Part shown: positions 38,819 to 51,958 of the stretch, one piece after another | How the letters are laid out: every line of letters starts with the position of its first letter | Position numbering within the stretch: the first letter of the stretch is position 1 | Assembly (NCBI GenBank): GCA_050084985.1 | Contig: JBITNC010000001.1 | Span: forward strand, 145,576,001 to 145,640,000 | DNA length: 64,000 nucleotides | Source of the DNA: Nageia nagi | Lineage: Eukaryota; Plantae; Pinophyta | Reading direction: 5' to 3' | The notes under the pieces: model-generated | Database searches by the model: none | Told to the model about the DNA's origin: nothing | The model's input: the letters and a program-made list of their open reading frames with translations, nothing else | Translations under genes and position numbers: made by a program

Positions 38819-41800
38819 ATGGAGCATTCTTCATTTAAAATTGAACCTCTCACAACTCATAACTATCACACTTGGAAACCATATATGTTGACAACATTGG
38901 CATAAAGAGGACTAAACACACTCATTAGGGACCAAAAATTCACATTCAAATCTAATTATGAAACTTGGTCACTCATAAAGGCAATTGGTGAAGCATTTGG
39001 GATAATAAAATCTAATGTTAGTGAGAGTTTGTGGTTCTATCTTGATAGCATAACCATACCGCATGAGGCATGGGATAAATTGGAATCTTTGTTTGGCAAA
39101 GTTGAGACAATGAGGGCCATACAAATTGATGTTCAACTTACTATTTTTTCTCTTGAGGACTATCCCACTATGGTTGATTATCTCACTAAATTTAAGGAGT
39201 TGTACTCACAATTCTTGGGTAGTGGTAAAAAGAAGAAAGATGATGAATGAATTTCTTTGATTCTATCAAAATTTTAAGGGCCCATTTCATGTATTTGCTT
39301 CTACATTCCTCTCGACAAAGGATGCTATGGGTGACAACTTCACAATGCCTAAGTGAGGAGAATTTTGTGAGCATCTTACAAGGGAAGAAACTAAAATTTC
39401 AACTCTTGATGTATCTTCATCTTCATCTAAGGCATTAAAAACATATAAAGGTAAAGAAAAGCCCAAGCCTAAGCCTATGACTACTACTCCACAGCCAAAT
39501 CCTAAGGCCCCTAACTCTAAATCCACTCTAGAAAAAGAGAAGCCTACTTGTTTCTATTGTGGGAAGCTTGGACATGTCATTGAAAAATGTTATAAAAAGA
39601 TGAAAGATGATAAAAGAAGTAAAAATCTGAATCTTCTCCTGTATCTTGTAAGGTTTTAAATGCTCTTGGGAATGGACATTCTATTTTAGAGAGTTGGGTT
39701 ATGGATTCAAGTGCCTCTCATCACATGAATCCATCAAGGGAGTCTTTTCCATCTCTTTGTTCTACTTCCACTTCTAGTATTGAGGTTGGTGATTCCTCTC
39801 ACATTTTTGTGAAAAGGAAAGGGGACATTTCTATTTCAAGTGGTTTCATCCTTGATGTGCTTTTGGTTCCTAATATCTCTTCCAACCTTCTTTCTATTTA
39901 TTAGATTTGTAATACTGATGGTGGGAGGACTATTTTATTCACATTGATGATTTTGAGATTCATAGTTTACAAGATCCATAGTCACTTTTTGCATGAGGTG
40001 ATGTTGATCATTCCTTGAGGTTATATTAGTTTAAGGGATTTTATGATTTTGATTTAGGTACTGGGTTGGTTTCCCATGCAAATTTTGTGAGTAGACTTTG
40101 GCATGAGAGGTTTGGGCACCTCAAATATAGATATTTGTAGGAGATGCATTCTTGTGATATGGTCACTAGCTTGCCTAAGATGTCCTATTATAATGGTGTT
40201 TTCCCTAGTTGTGCACTTGGGAAATAACATCAAGACCCTTGTCTTAAAGGTAAAGCTAATCATTCATCTTCTCTCTTAGAGTTGGTGCATAGTGACTTGA
40301 TGATCTTTCCACACCCATCCTTCATTGGAGCTCGGTATGCACTAACTTTCAATGATGATTTCTCAATATATACCTGGGTGTATTTTCTTAAGAATAAGAG
40401 TGATGTCTTTGCTCATTTCAAATTCTTCAAGGCTTTGGTTGAAATCAATCTTATAGTTGCATCAAGAAGCTTCATATAGATAATGGGGGGACTACTTCAG
40501 CATAAAGTTTTTAGAGTTCCTTAAGAAGCATGATATAATTCATCAGCATTTAGTACCTCACACTCCATAGTAGAATGGATTTGCAAAAATGTAGAATAGA
40601 ATATTGAAGGAGATGGATAGTTGTATGATGCATTCTTGAGACTTGCCTCCTATCTTTTGGGCTGAGGTAGTCAATTGAATAAACTACATTTAGAGTCATA
40701 CTCCTCATTAAGCACTTGATCATATGACTTCTAAAGAGGCTTGGAGTGGAACCAAGAATGATGCATCATAATTTAGAGTGTTTGGTATTCATGCTTGGGC
40801 CTTCTTTCCAAAGACTAAGTGTAAGGCCTTGGAAAAAAAGAGCAAGCCTCTCATCTTTGTTGGCTATAGTGATGACATGAAGGTGTATCAACTGATTGAT
40901 CCTAATATACATGATCTTTTCTTCCACACTCATGTTCAATTTGATGAGCACCTTCCTAATTCTCCCTCTTCATCTCCTTTCTTGATCTTACTTGACTCCT
41001 ATGACACATCTTTTGAGGTCTTTGATGGGGAGGATATTCATGAGGTTGTTGCCCCCACACCAGTAATTAATCCTCCATCACTTGTAGTTTTTGCTAATCC
41101 TCCTATTGATGTTGTATCTTCTTCCACTACTAGTAGTCACATGCCCAAGCTAGCTCACTCTACACTTGAGGATTCAACACCCTTAATCAAGGATCTCCCT
41201 CCTTACCATCACTATTCCATTAGTTCTTATCTTCTTGGTCAAGCATAGTCAAGTGATCCCCATATTTTTTAGAGGCTCATGGTTTATTGGAGTGGTATGA
41301 TGCCATGGAAGTTAAGTATTCTTTCTTGCTAAAGAATAATAATTGGGAGCTTGAAGAATAATAATAGCTGATGGTTCCATTGATAAGTATAAGGCTCATC
41401 TTGTTTCCAAGGGGTTCTCATAGGTTGAGGGGATTGAATACTTTAAGAACTTTACTCCTATGGCTAAGATGGATTTAGTTCACCTAAAACTTGCTCTTGT
41501 TGCTTCTCAAGGATGGTCAATTTTTTAGATGGACATGAAGAGTGCCTTTTTGCATATTGATTTGCATGAGGATATCTATATGGAGTACCTTGCTAATTTT
41601 GTTCAATATTATTCACTTATTTATAGGCTTAAGAGATCTCTCTATGGCTTCAAATAAGCTCCTCGGGCATGGTATGAGAAGATGGATTCTTTTCTTCTCA
41701 CCATGGATTTTATACATTATTCCTCTAACCCTATAGTCTATATCTAGAGATATGGACTTGATACCACTATTTTGGTGTTGTATGTTGATGATCTTCTTCT

Positions 41801-42735
41801 CATCAACACCTCCTACTCTCACATTCAGATAGTTCAATAGGCTCTCTTTGAGAGATTTGAGATGGTAGATCTTGGAGTTGCCCACTACTTTCTTAGTTTT
41901 TAAATGATATATTGATTTAAGGATTTCTATTTTTCATTAGAAGTATGCCTTGGATCTTCTTTAGCAGTTTAGGATGGCAAATTGTAATCCTTCTTCAATA
42001 CCTTTTCACAGTGGGGTGACTTTGATCTTCCTCTTCCACTTCACCATTGTGTGGTGCTACTTTGCATCGCCAGTTGGTTGGGATTCTTCTATATCTCACT
42101 CATACTCGACTAGATATTTCATATGTTGTTGGGCTTATTTCTCAAATTTATCATACCCATCATGAGTCTCATTGGTAGGAAGGTAAGAGGATTATTTGAT
42201 ATGTGAGGGGCACTACCCATTTTGGTCTACACTACATGAGAGGTGATCTACTATTGAGTGGATATAGAGATTTTGATTGGATTGGTTATTCTAGTGATCA
42301 TCGTTCCACTTTTGGATACTTATTTTGTCTTGGGACTTTTCCCATCACTTGGTTGTGTAACAAGTAGTAGGCTATTCCACTATCATTAACTGAGGCAAAG
42401 TATAGAGTAGTTATTGATGTGAGTCAGGAGGCACTTTGGCTTCAGCAGCTATTAGAGGACTTTGGCTACCCCTAGTCTTGGACTACAATTCTTTGGTGTG
42501 ACAATCATAGCATGATTCATATTTTATGCAATCCTATTTAGCATCAATCTACCAAACACATTGAGGTCCACATGCACTTCATCTTTAACATATTTAGAAT
42601 CACATTCTCAACTTGAAGTACATTGCTATAGAGTAGTAGATCATGGAAATCTTCACTAAATCCTTTGCATTGCTTGGATTCCTTGAGTTGCATGGCTTGA
42701 TTGGGGTGAAGGAAGTTGTCCTTAGGGGGTGTTAA
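38819..42735 (+). pseudogene. Copia gag-pol remnant
   Basis: MEHSSFKIEPLTTHNYHTWK. Zn knuckle CFYCGKLGHVIEKC. Protease WVMDSSASHHM. Integrase LVHSDL. RT LYVDDLLL, with a short deletion after NNWEL at ~41350. RNase H 'TKHIEVHMHFI'. Confidence 0.92.
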
Positions 42736-42917
42736 TGAGGACATCTTCCTCTCCATCCTCCCTCTTCTACTATGAGATGATTTTTTTCCCATGTGGTTTT
42801 TTCATCATCTTTAGTAGAATCTTTGTACATATTGTACACAAGTACTTGATCAGGCCTTGTTATTGAAACTCATTTTTGTGGATATGCCACTTTATCTCCT
42901 TGTTCACTTAATGAGGG

Positions 42918-43200
42918 TGTTAGAGTATTAAGTTCACTTAGGATTATTTTATTTCCTAGGTTTACTATTCTCTAGCTAGTTTGTTGTGGTGATAACCACT
43001 TCTTTGTTAGTTTGTACAATTTTACATTCATGCATGGTTGGCATGTTGTTGTACATTAGTTTGTGTTTTCCCTATTTATTTGGGCTCCATTCTCATTCCA
43101 ATATGAATTCAATTTGAGGATATCAGCTTCTCTCTCATTCTTGTGGTGCTCTTGCATTTCCCTTTTTGGGTGTAATTTGCTCTCCATGCAAATCTTCCCA
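42918..43200 (+). repeat. 3' LTR (283 bp)
   Basis: TGTTAG...CCCA, preceded by the PPT-like AATGAGGG and followed by the TSD. Confidence 0.95.
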
Positions 43201-43963
43201 GTACAATACATAATAAAACCTTAATACCTAGATGGTTACTATTAATATCTTTGTTAGAATTAATATTGATGATCAAGTGACCATGATGTGGATTGAAGAT
43301 AGAGTTTTCTAGATATTCCTTGCTTCTTGGATATTTATGGGATACTTACAAAATAAATAATGTTAGAGGAAGCCTCAAATCATAAGTCTTTAATACCTTG
43401 TGATCAATCAAGTAGGCATAACAGCTCAACAAGAGATTAGGCTTCCTTGTATATGTCCAAATGGATATTAAAAATAGGCAATGATTCCTAAATGCATGAG
43501 TGATATACTTTTTCACTAGTGCTAATACAATATGATTCTTTGATATGCTTGAAAGATAATGATAATGATAGATAAATGTTAAAGATATGCTATATGGATA
43601 AGTTAAGTGAAAACATGCTAAAAAACCCATAAAATGAGTCATGAAAGTGATCAACGCATAAACTACAAATAATTATTAATGCCACTAGGCATTCTCTAGC
43701 TGCAACATGGGGGTTGAGTGGATAACCAAAATGTCATATGTGAGTTCATTCATTAAACATCAACTTCAATATTTAAATAATAAAAATGAATTGAATTTAT
43801 TATTTAAAAAATAAATTTGAATTCAAAAATATAATTTAAAAAATATATAAAGATTATATTTTTTAATAAAAGTATATAAAACACATATTTAATATAATAA
43901 ATTACACCTCAAGAATGATATTTGTTGGTATTTTTTTCATATATAAAAGGATATATCAAAGGT

Positions 43964-44635
43964 AGTGGATACCCATAATGATATTTAACCATGTCACTTC
44001 TATAAAATGATAAACAATGATAGGAGTATAGATAATTACACACAAACCCTAACCTAACCTTAAGCTACAATGATAATTAGCTTAGATTTTCAACTATATA
44101 CCACACAATGAAATATCTATGGTAATCAAAGGATACATGTGCTCCAGTTATCTCTAATAATTCTCTAATACCTACAAAATATAAAACATAATAAAATACA
44201 AGCATATGAAAATAATTCACAAGAGACATACCTCAATCGACCTCAAAGTAAGGTAAGATCATTTGATGAATCTCATCCTATGATGGTTTTAGATTATAAA
44301 ACCCTAATAAATATCAATGATGTGCAAAGTTGTTAATAAATGCTTAAATGTATTCTCTAGTATTTGTAAAAATCTCAATTAACTCCTAAGAAAATAAATA
44401 ATAGATCCTTGAAAATGAGGTAAACATCTCTATTTATAATGCTCTATTTATGATCGATCATCCAATTGTTAAAGATACATTGTTGATCGTTTGATCTACT
44501 GATCAATAATCTCATTATTTCTATCATGATTATGAATGAAATGCTGAATTTGATATACATTTAAAGTTTATATTAAAATGTTGTTATTTCCTACAAATAT
44601 GTAATTTTGGGGTATCTACAATTTCCCCTTTTTTG
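43964..44635 (-). mobile_element. Tat/Ogre-type LTR with adjacent PPT (remnant)
   Basis: GGGGTATCTACA ends at 44620 followed by ATTTCCCCTTTT (minus strand: PPT then TGTAGATACC). The left end AGTGGATACCC resembles TGTAGATACCC. A second GGTATCTACA terminus lies at 48548. Confidence 0.5.
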
Positions 44636-47136
44636 CTAAGTTTTTCAAGCATGCAAAACTTAGTATAAAAAAGGTAAATATTATGATTGTATTGATGTTA
44701 TTATTTTGATAGTTTGATATTTTTTTGATAAGGATCAATGTTTTTATGATAGTTCTCAATGATTATTTTGTTGATAAGGATGATATGTGAATATAGGTAT
44801 ATAAACCTACTAAATGTTAGGATACAAGTGTAAAATTCTCTCATTGATATAATCAATATAAGATAACCCAAACTATGATTAGCATGTTAATATACTTTGG
44901 ATTATGATATGCATAAGTTCAAAAATGTGATCATGTTAACTTCATCCCATTGAAAATAAAGCTAAAAAGTGCTAAAAATAAACTTTACTCCATGCTAAAT
45001 GGAAAGCAAAGAAAAAATCATGGTAATGATAACAATGGTTACAAAATAAAGTCAATGAGAAACTCTTGGCCAATGGAAAGTAAAATAAATGCTTTTTTTC
45101 ACCATGTTAAATGGGAAGAAAACAAGTTATGTTTAAATGATATCTTTATTCCAAGTAATGGTAAATAAATATGATAATGCTCATGATATGATGAAAATAC
45201 TAGAATGATAACATTGCCCCATATTAAATGGAAAATAAAATATTATGCTTAAAGATAATGCTAAATCCAATGATAGAGCATATGCTACCAATATTCAATA
45301 GGATGCGATGGTATTGACCTTGATTTGAGATAGTTAATATCTCATCTACTAAACTTATGGAATAATTATTTTCTTAATGTTTTGCTCAAAGATTTTGCTT
45401 GTAGCATACCATATAAGATATAATATAGAAAATGATATTGATATTGCTTGTGATAAAGATTAACATGAAACATGAGCAAAGAGATGTATCCATCTCAAAT
45501 TTTTGATCACTTAGTCTACAAGATTATGTTTTATTAGAAATCATGATAATCAACAATCCATGATCATCTCCAAAGGAGTGATTTTAAGGAAACCCAATTT
45601 TGATTAGGACCCAAGTGGTTACATCATCATGGGGAATATGGTCTATAGATAGTGATATTGATAATAAGTCAAATAGAAATCAAGATATATGCCCATGATT
45701 ATTTGTATTTAATGATAAGATAAACCAACACTTAATGAAAGTGTTTAAAAGATAAAATTCAAAGATATATGATAAGCATAATTTTAATATTTTATAAATG
45801 CTTTTTATATTTGATTTCATGAATAAGACAAGTCATATGTCCAGTGATAATATGATGTAACTCCTAAGGTAAGAGGCTTCTTCACAGTAATATAGTTGTT
45901 TTTGTAATAAGAAGAAGATGGCATGTGTAATTTTTTTATGTATCTAGCATTTATGTATCTTCAAAAATGTATGGATTGAAAATTTGTTGTAAAGATTTTT
46001 TGAGGCTCCTTTAAAACTCCATCATTTTTTTATTAATTCATATATTACTTGATAAATAAACATTATCTAATACTCAATAGAATGATATATACAATGATAA
46101 GATCAAATTAAAATGATAATATGATAAATATATATGCTATAGGATGATATAAATAATGATAAGATGAAAATATTAGCTCATGATAAGTTTAGGAGATGAG
46201 TAAATTTATCCTACCCTAAAGTTTCCACTAGTGGAAAATTGCAAAATTGGAGTAGGATCTAGTATCAACTCCCATTATTTCAATATGATAATGGGTAAGT
46301 GCAAGAATATGGGTCCATGAAATGGACAAAAAATGTATGTGTTTTCCTTGATTTTCAACTTTGGTCATAATTGATCACAACTTTTGAAGCCCTTAGAGAT
46401 GGAATCTAGAAAAATATCACTAAGATAAAACTATAGTTCTTGAAGTGTAGTTTTGGAATATGTAATTTACTCTAATACACTATTGATAAAAATTGAATCA
46501 TAATAGGCACTTCTAAAATTCCCTATTTAAAATGTACTATTTTATGACCATGCCATGCTTTTCGATGGCAAGCATATTTTGATCTAAGATTTAATATTTT
46601 TTAAATCCTTTTGGGAAAAGATACCTAACACACTGAGGATTGTGGAGGATTTTTTTTTTCATAATTTTTTCATGAAAGTTTTTTAATGACCCTAATTGTT
46701 ATTTTGAAAACTACCAATCTACACCACATATAATTTGACCTAAACTTATCCTTTTCTTAATATATATATATTTTAATTTAATAGATAATTATCTATAGAT
46801 TATGCACATATATTTTTTTTCATAATTCCCCCAAAAAGAGTTATTAAAAAAATAATGCAATTTAACTTTTCAAGTTGAAGGATCAATTTAATTGAAAATA
46901 AAAAAAAAGAAAATATAATCAAATTATAAATGAACATACATATTTGTAATCTACACTCTTTGGAACAAAATGGGTTTTAATTTCATGAAAAAATCCTTAG
47001 AAAACTTGATCAAACATTCATCAAAAGTTACAATTTATCCCTACCATTTCCATGAATAAGAAGTTGCAAGTCCAAGGCTAAGACTCGACCAACCAAGTCT
47101 TTCCCAAGGCTAAACCCAAACCTAAATTCAAATAAT

Positions 47137-47387
47137 AAATTTTGGTTCATAACAAAATTTAATTAGTTTTTGAACATTGAAAAGGAATGAAATTTTATTT
47201 TAAAATGAAATTTTGTTCCTTTTTAATGTTAAAAAATAACAAAATTTTGTTATGAACCAAAATTTTGGTCTTCAAATAACGAAATTTTTTTTGAACCAAA
47301 ATTTTAGTCTTTAAAAATTGAAATTCCATTTTTGATTTAGGGACCAAAACCAAAAATGAAATTTCAATTTTTAAAGATCAAAATTTT
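47137..47387. repeat. Two adjacent AT-rich inverted repeats (47137-47265 spacerless; 47298-47387 short loop)
   Basis: The arms are near reverse complements, e.g. TTTTGGTTCATAACAAAATTT and AAATTTTGTTATGAACCAAAA. Confidence 0.85.
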
Positions 47388-48559
47388 ATTTTACATAATG
47401 AACTTTTATTTTAGGTTATTTTTTTTCTATGTATGAAATGTCCACCTTAAGTGGATCAAACTTGTTGCCTATACCCTAATGGTATATGTTGATGAAACTA
47501 TGTACAAGTAAAAATATTCAAATATCAAGATGTAAGACACAATAGATGATTCAACAAAAATATGAAGATGATAAGTCATAAAATGCTATTTTATTTATTG
47601 GCTCATAAGATGAATATGGTGGAATAACCACATACCTTATTACTTGTTGTTAATCCATATAGATAAATCACATCATAGTGGGTAAAGAAGAAGATGATCC
47701 TTGCTCATAATAAGTTTGCCCCATGTTCCTAGAGGTACCCACTTAATTCACCTTATGTTTAGGTAAAGGATTATTCAAAATTTTTAACTATTAATTAGGT
47801 GGTACAATCAGATTTCCTATTTATATTTGATTATTATCAATAAGATCTTGAAATTTATGGTTCAATCACATGCACCCATTAGTGTTGTATCCTTTCTACA
47901 TATGGTATTCGCAAAACTCATTTTCTTTATACCATATTCTTGTGGATACCATTGGATTATTTTTATTTTTAATTAATGTTAATAGATTTGCTTGTAACAT
48001 CCTACATAATATATCTAATAATGATTTATCCAAGGGAGTAAAATTCCATCTTGTTCTTGGTGGAAAAGATTCTTTTTCATTGAGTTGTCCTTGTTCTCTT
48101 AGTATTGGTTATTGTGGAGCTCTTTGAGGTTATGTTGCTATGATTCATTGTACTTGGTTGACATCATATGATATTTTATTATTATATGGATTTTGATAAG
48201 TTTGATTATTATAATTTCTATTTTTATACTTTTGATCATTGTTATTATTCTTCTTATGTAATTTGATATCATCTGATTGAATCTTAACCTCCTTAGGTGG
48301 TGATGAGAATCACGAATAATAGAATTCACCACTTTATGTATCAAGGTCTAGATATAATTTAATCACCACCATGGACCAAGAATCATCACTTATCATTTGT
48401 TAGACTTTTCATCAAAAGGGATAAAAATGAGTTAAATGCTCTTTATTCTATAAATATATCTTAAATATAATAATAACTCAATTAATTTGAATGAATACCT
48501 AAAATATAATTTTTTCAAAAACATGAAAACCAAATTTAGGTATCTACACTAGAGTTTGT

Positions 48560-49440
48560 GGGGTTAAGATCAACCTTGATAATGATGAAGCTCCTCCTAA
48601 AGTTCTTATTCTTTTTTGATTGGTTTAATGTACATAAGGAAGTTGAATATGTCAATCATTTCCATGCTTTGTAACTATTTTAGAAACAATACTAATGATG
48701 GTCTTATTTGTTGCTTTTACTTGTCCATTCCCATGAAGATAGGAAGGAGCAAAAAATATTTCTAATATAATTTTTTTTCATAATATGCTTTTATTTGCTT
48801 ACCTACTACATTAGGTCCATTATCTATAAAAATTTGAGATGGCATCCTAAATCTTGTGATAAAATTATTCACAATTAACTTGAATTATCTTTTTTCATGC
48901 ATCATGGGAATATGCTCCACCCACTTGGTAAAGTATTATATGGCTATATAATGATTAACTTATGCCCTCCTTTAGTATGTGTATTTATAACACCTATCAA
49001 ATCAATGTCTAAATTAGAGAAGGGATAAGGTCCTACCATAGTGTTGAGCTCTTATGATGAAGTGCATTAAAGATTAGATTATTCTTGGATTGTATTCCCT
49101 TTTTGATATGCACATAGAAAGATTGATCCATCGAATACCAATAATATATAATCCTCAACAACTTTTGATAAATTGATTTAGCATAGAAATGAGATGCATG
49201 AACACTTTCATGTATTTTAAGGTTACTTCATTCAACTTGAGGCATCTAAGTAGTAACCCTTAAAATAATCTTCTATAGAAAATATTTCCAATGATTACAT
49301 ATTTTATTATTATTTTTCTTAATCCAATTATTGCATTCTTGTTGAAACTTTGAATAATAATGAAATTTTTAATATATATCTATCAATGTCACTATACCAA
49401 GTAGAATCATAATAATTCTCTCTAAACAAATAACTATTAA
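48560..49440 (-). pseudogene. Tat/Ogre-type gypsy integrase remnant
   Basis: Minus-strand translation gives 'DSTWYSDI', 'YVIIGNIFYRRLF*GLLLRCL', 'YFTKWVEHIP', 'TRFRMPSQIFIDNGPN' and 'SYLHGNGQVKATNK'. Confidence 0.8.
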
Positions 49441-49487
49441 GCAAACCAAAGTCACATTAAATGTTTAGACTTTTATATCGAAATAAG

Positions 49488-49492
<5 letters not shown>

Positions 49493-49560
<68 letters not shown>
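49493..49560. repeat. (TA)34 microsatellite
   Basis: Perfect dinucleotide run. Confidence 0.99.
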
Positions 49561-49564
<4 letters not shown>

Positions 49565-50225
49565 TACATACCTCAAAATAAATACCTTTCAATATTTCTA
49601 GATATTTTAAATATAAAAAATAATGATAATAATAAGAAACATAGACAACTCCAAAAAAATATGTCCACCTCAAATAATAATAATAAAGTGAATTTTATCT
49701 ATAATTAATCTTTAATTTAACCTTAAAACCACACCCAAGAAAACTATTAACATTTTTCAAGAATCCAAGACTGAGATTTAAACATGGGACACTCTTTTTG
49801 AAACAGAGTCACAACATATATGAGCAACTCAACAAACTGTGATAATTATATTTGAGTCCTCGTTGAAATAATAATTAATTGAAGAACACAACTTTCAATA
49901 TAATAAACATGCGACTATGTTGAAATTCGTAAAGCTGTAATACTCCAATCACACAAATCAATTAATTAAATCATGAAACTGTTGGAAAACAGCAACATAT
50001 AATATAATACTCCCATGAATTCCATCCATTTATTTTTACAATCTGCCTGACAAAAACAAAACGAAAAATGTTGGATAAGAAATTTAATTATAATTGAACA
50101 CATCACAAATCCCTTGTATTATGCAGATTCTGTATCCGATTCTGATTGAAAACTACTTATTTGAGTATGAGTGCAAACGAAAGCAAATCAATCCCCAACA
50201 AATCTGCTGAACACATAGTAAACCC

Positions 50226-50480
50226 TCATTCAGAAGCATTCATTTTGGCAAATTGAATAGCCTTCTTTCCAACTAGTTTGGCTGCAGAGAGATTTCGCAT
50301 GTAGTCCAGACGCTTGAAGTGTCTGTGCTCACATGGATGCATCTCGTCAATCAGTTCTGCCGCCAGCCCAACCATGGCTTCTCCGTGAGAAGCTACAAAC
50401 GTTGCAATGGATATCCGATCTTTGCCTTTGGTGGTAAGAGCTCTGTGTTCGATGCTCTTACATCTTCCGTTGCTCATCAC
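50226..50480 (-). pseudogene. 2OGD exon 4
   Basis: Acceptor TTTATTGCAG; VMSNGRCKSIEHRA...RISIATF...AKMNASE*. Confidence 0.93.
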
Positions 50481-50577
50481 CTGCAATAAACTCAAACAAA
50501 ATCAATGGCAGAACCTCTTTATACATATATATCTACCATATTTTTATTGTTTTGTGGGGAGCATTATACGTACGAAC

Positions 50578-50902
50578 CTCAATCTTATCTCCAATGTTGA
50601 TGAGAAGGGCATTAGGAATCGGACGCACAAATATCCATTCTCCCTCTTTGCAGATTTGTAGGCCTAATTTTTCATCCTCCTGCAGTAAAATGGTGATGCC
50701 GCTTGCGTCTTAGTGAGGGCTTAACCCTAATGCGAGATCTGGGTCAGGTCAAGGTGGGTAGTGATTCATTCTCATACGTTGCGCTACTTGTTCAAGCATG
50801 TCAATAAATCGCTCTGGCTGTAATCCCAGACTCTCTGCCAATAGACGTAAGAGCGTATCCCCAACCCTCTGGATCTCAGCAGAATACTGCTCAACAGTCT
50901 CT
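50578..50902 (-). pseudogene. 2OGD exon 3 (two premature stops)
   Basis: Acceptor TCGCAG, donor GTTCGT; RETVEQYSAE...NHYPP*PDPDLALGLSPH*DASGITILLQ...NIGDKIE. Confidence 0.93.
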
Positions 50903-51042
50903 CTGCGATACAAACAAATAAAGTTAGTGGCACGTAGATGGAGATGGAGCTCTCGAGCTGCAGCTTCCTCAAGCTTTGCAGTTCTCTAGCAATTTGTTAT
51001 TGTAGAAGTAAAATAAATGGGCTTAGAAAGCTTGACACTTGC

Positions 51043-51075
51043 CTAAAATCCGCTGGTTTGATTGGCCATACGGTC
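51043..51075 (-). pseudogene. 2OGD exon 2, 3' part
   Basis: TVWPIKPADFR followed by the donor GCAAGT. Confidence 0.85.
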
Positions 51076-51366
51076 TGTCGGAGAATAATCCCAATTTCAC
51101 TATAGCCTTTATTGTATCTGACAATTTGGGTGAACCTCCATTTGTATTACGTATGCAAAGTACATAGATATTTATGATTTTTACTGTTTTAGTTTCTAAG
51201 GTTAGATTCATTTAGAAGAGTCTTCACCATCAAAAGACATGGTTATGGAAGCTGTTTTGTTCTTGAAGCTTCCTGCTTCTGGATTGATGAACCTGGGTAT
51301 TCCTCATAAGGGGCTGAACGTTTGCAGACTTCAGAAGTTATGAGCTGGTTCTAGTTAAAGCAAACA
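51076..51366 (+). repeat. 5' LTR (291 bp)
   Basis: Direct repeat of 56184-56462. Confidence 0.95.
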
Positions 51367-51958
51367 TAGTGGTGTCAGAGCCATTGGAGCTGTGAACTGA
51401 CTCAAGCTCCACTCTTCGCATGTACCCAGCTGGAGTTTTCTTGTTATACTTCTACAAGGTCACCGAAGGTTGTGCCACCATGTCGTAGGGTTCGTAAGGC
51501 CGCTTTTTTGCGCGTGTTTAGACTACAGAGACCACGGGTAAACCTGAAAATAGCTGCAATATCGTTATAAGCTGGAAGCTAAGGGAGTAGAAGGCTAGCA
51601 GACACTGGACTAACTTTGTATTGCATAATGCTCGTAGTCAAGCTGGTGTATACTCGTTCAACCATATAATAACTGTCTTGTTGTTGATTGATCTTGAAGA
51701 GAACATCAATAGTTGGCGAGGAGAGTGTGACATTGCCTACAACATCAACAACCTGAAGAAGCTTATTACCTGAAATTCAACAAGCATAAAGATCTCCTGG
51801 ATGTCCATTTATGGTGAACCGTGAAAGCATCAGATATATTAGATGCACTTTCAATCAGATTAGATAAGGATTGACTTTCCTAACCGGCAGAGAAATCTTT
51901 GAGTTTGTTAAATCAGGCAAAGGTTAAACAAAGGTAGAAACTGAGTGTTTATTTTTCA

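Larger units (their letters stand above)
37210..43200 (+). mobile_element. Full-length Ty1/copia LTR retrotransposon, decayed
   Basis: TSD GTACA (37205-37209 and 43201-43205). LTRs at 37210-37498 and 42918-43200 (~93% identical). PBS TGGTACTAGAGC at 37499-37510. gag-PR-INT-RT-RH order. Confidence 0.95.

Noticed and set aside
49473-49673. 66-aa ORF with an IYIYIY run
   Set aside because: It is a translation of the (TA)34 microsatellite.
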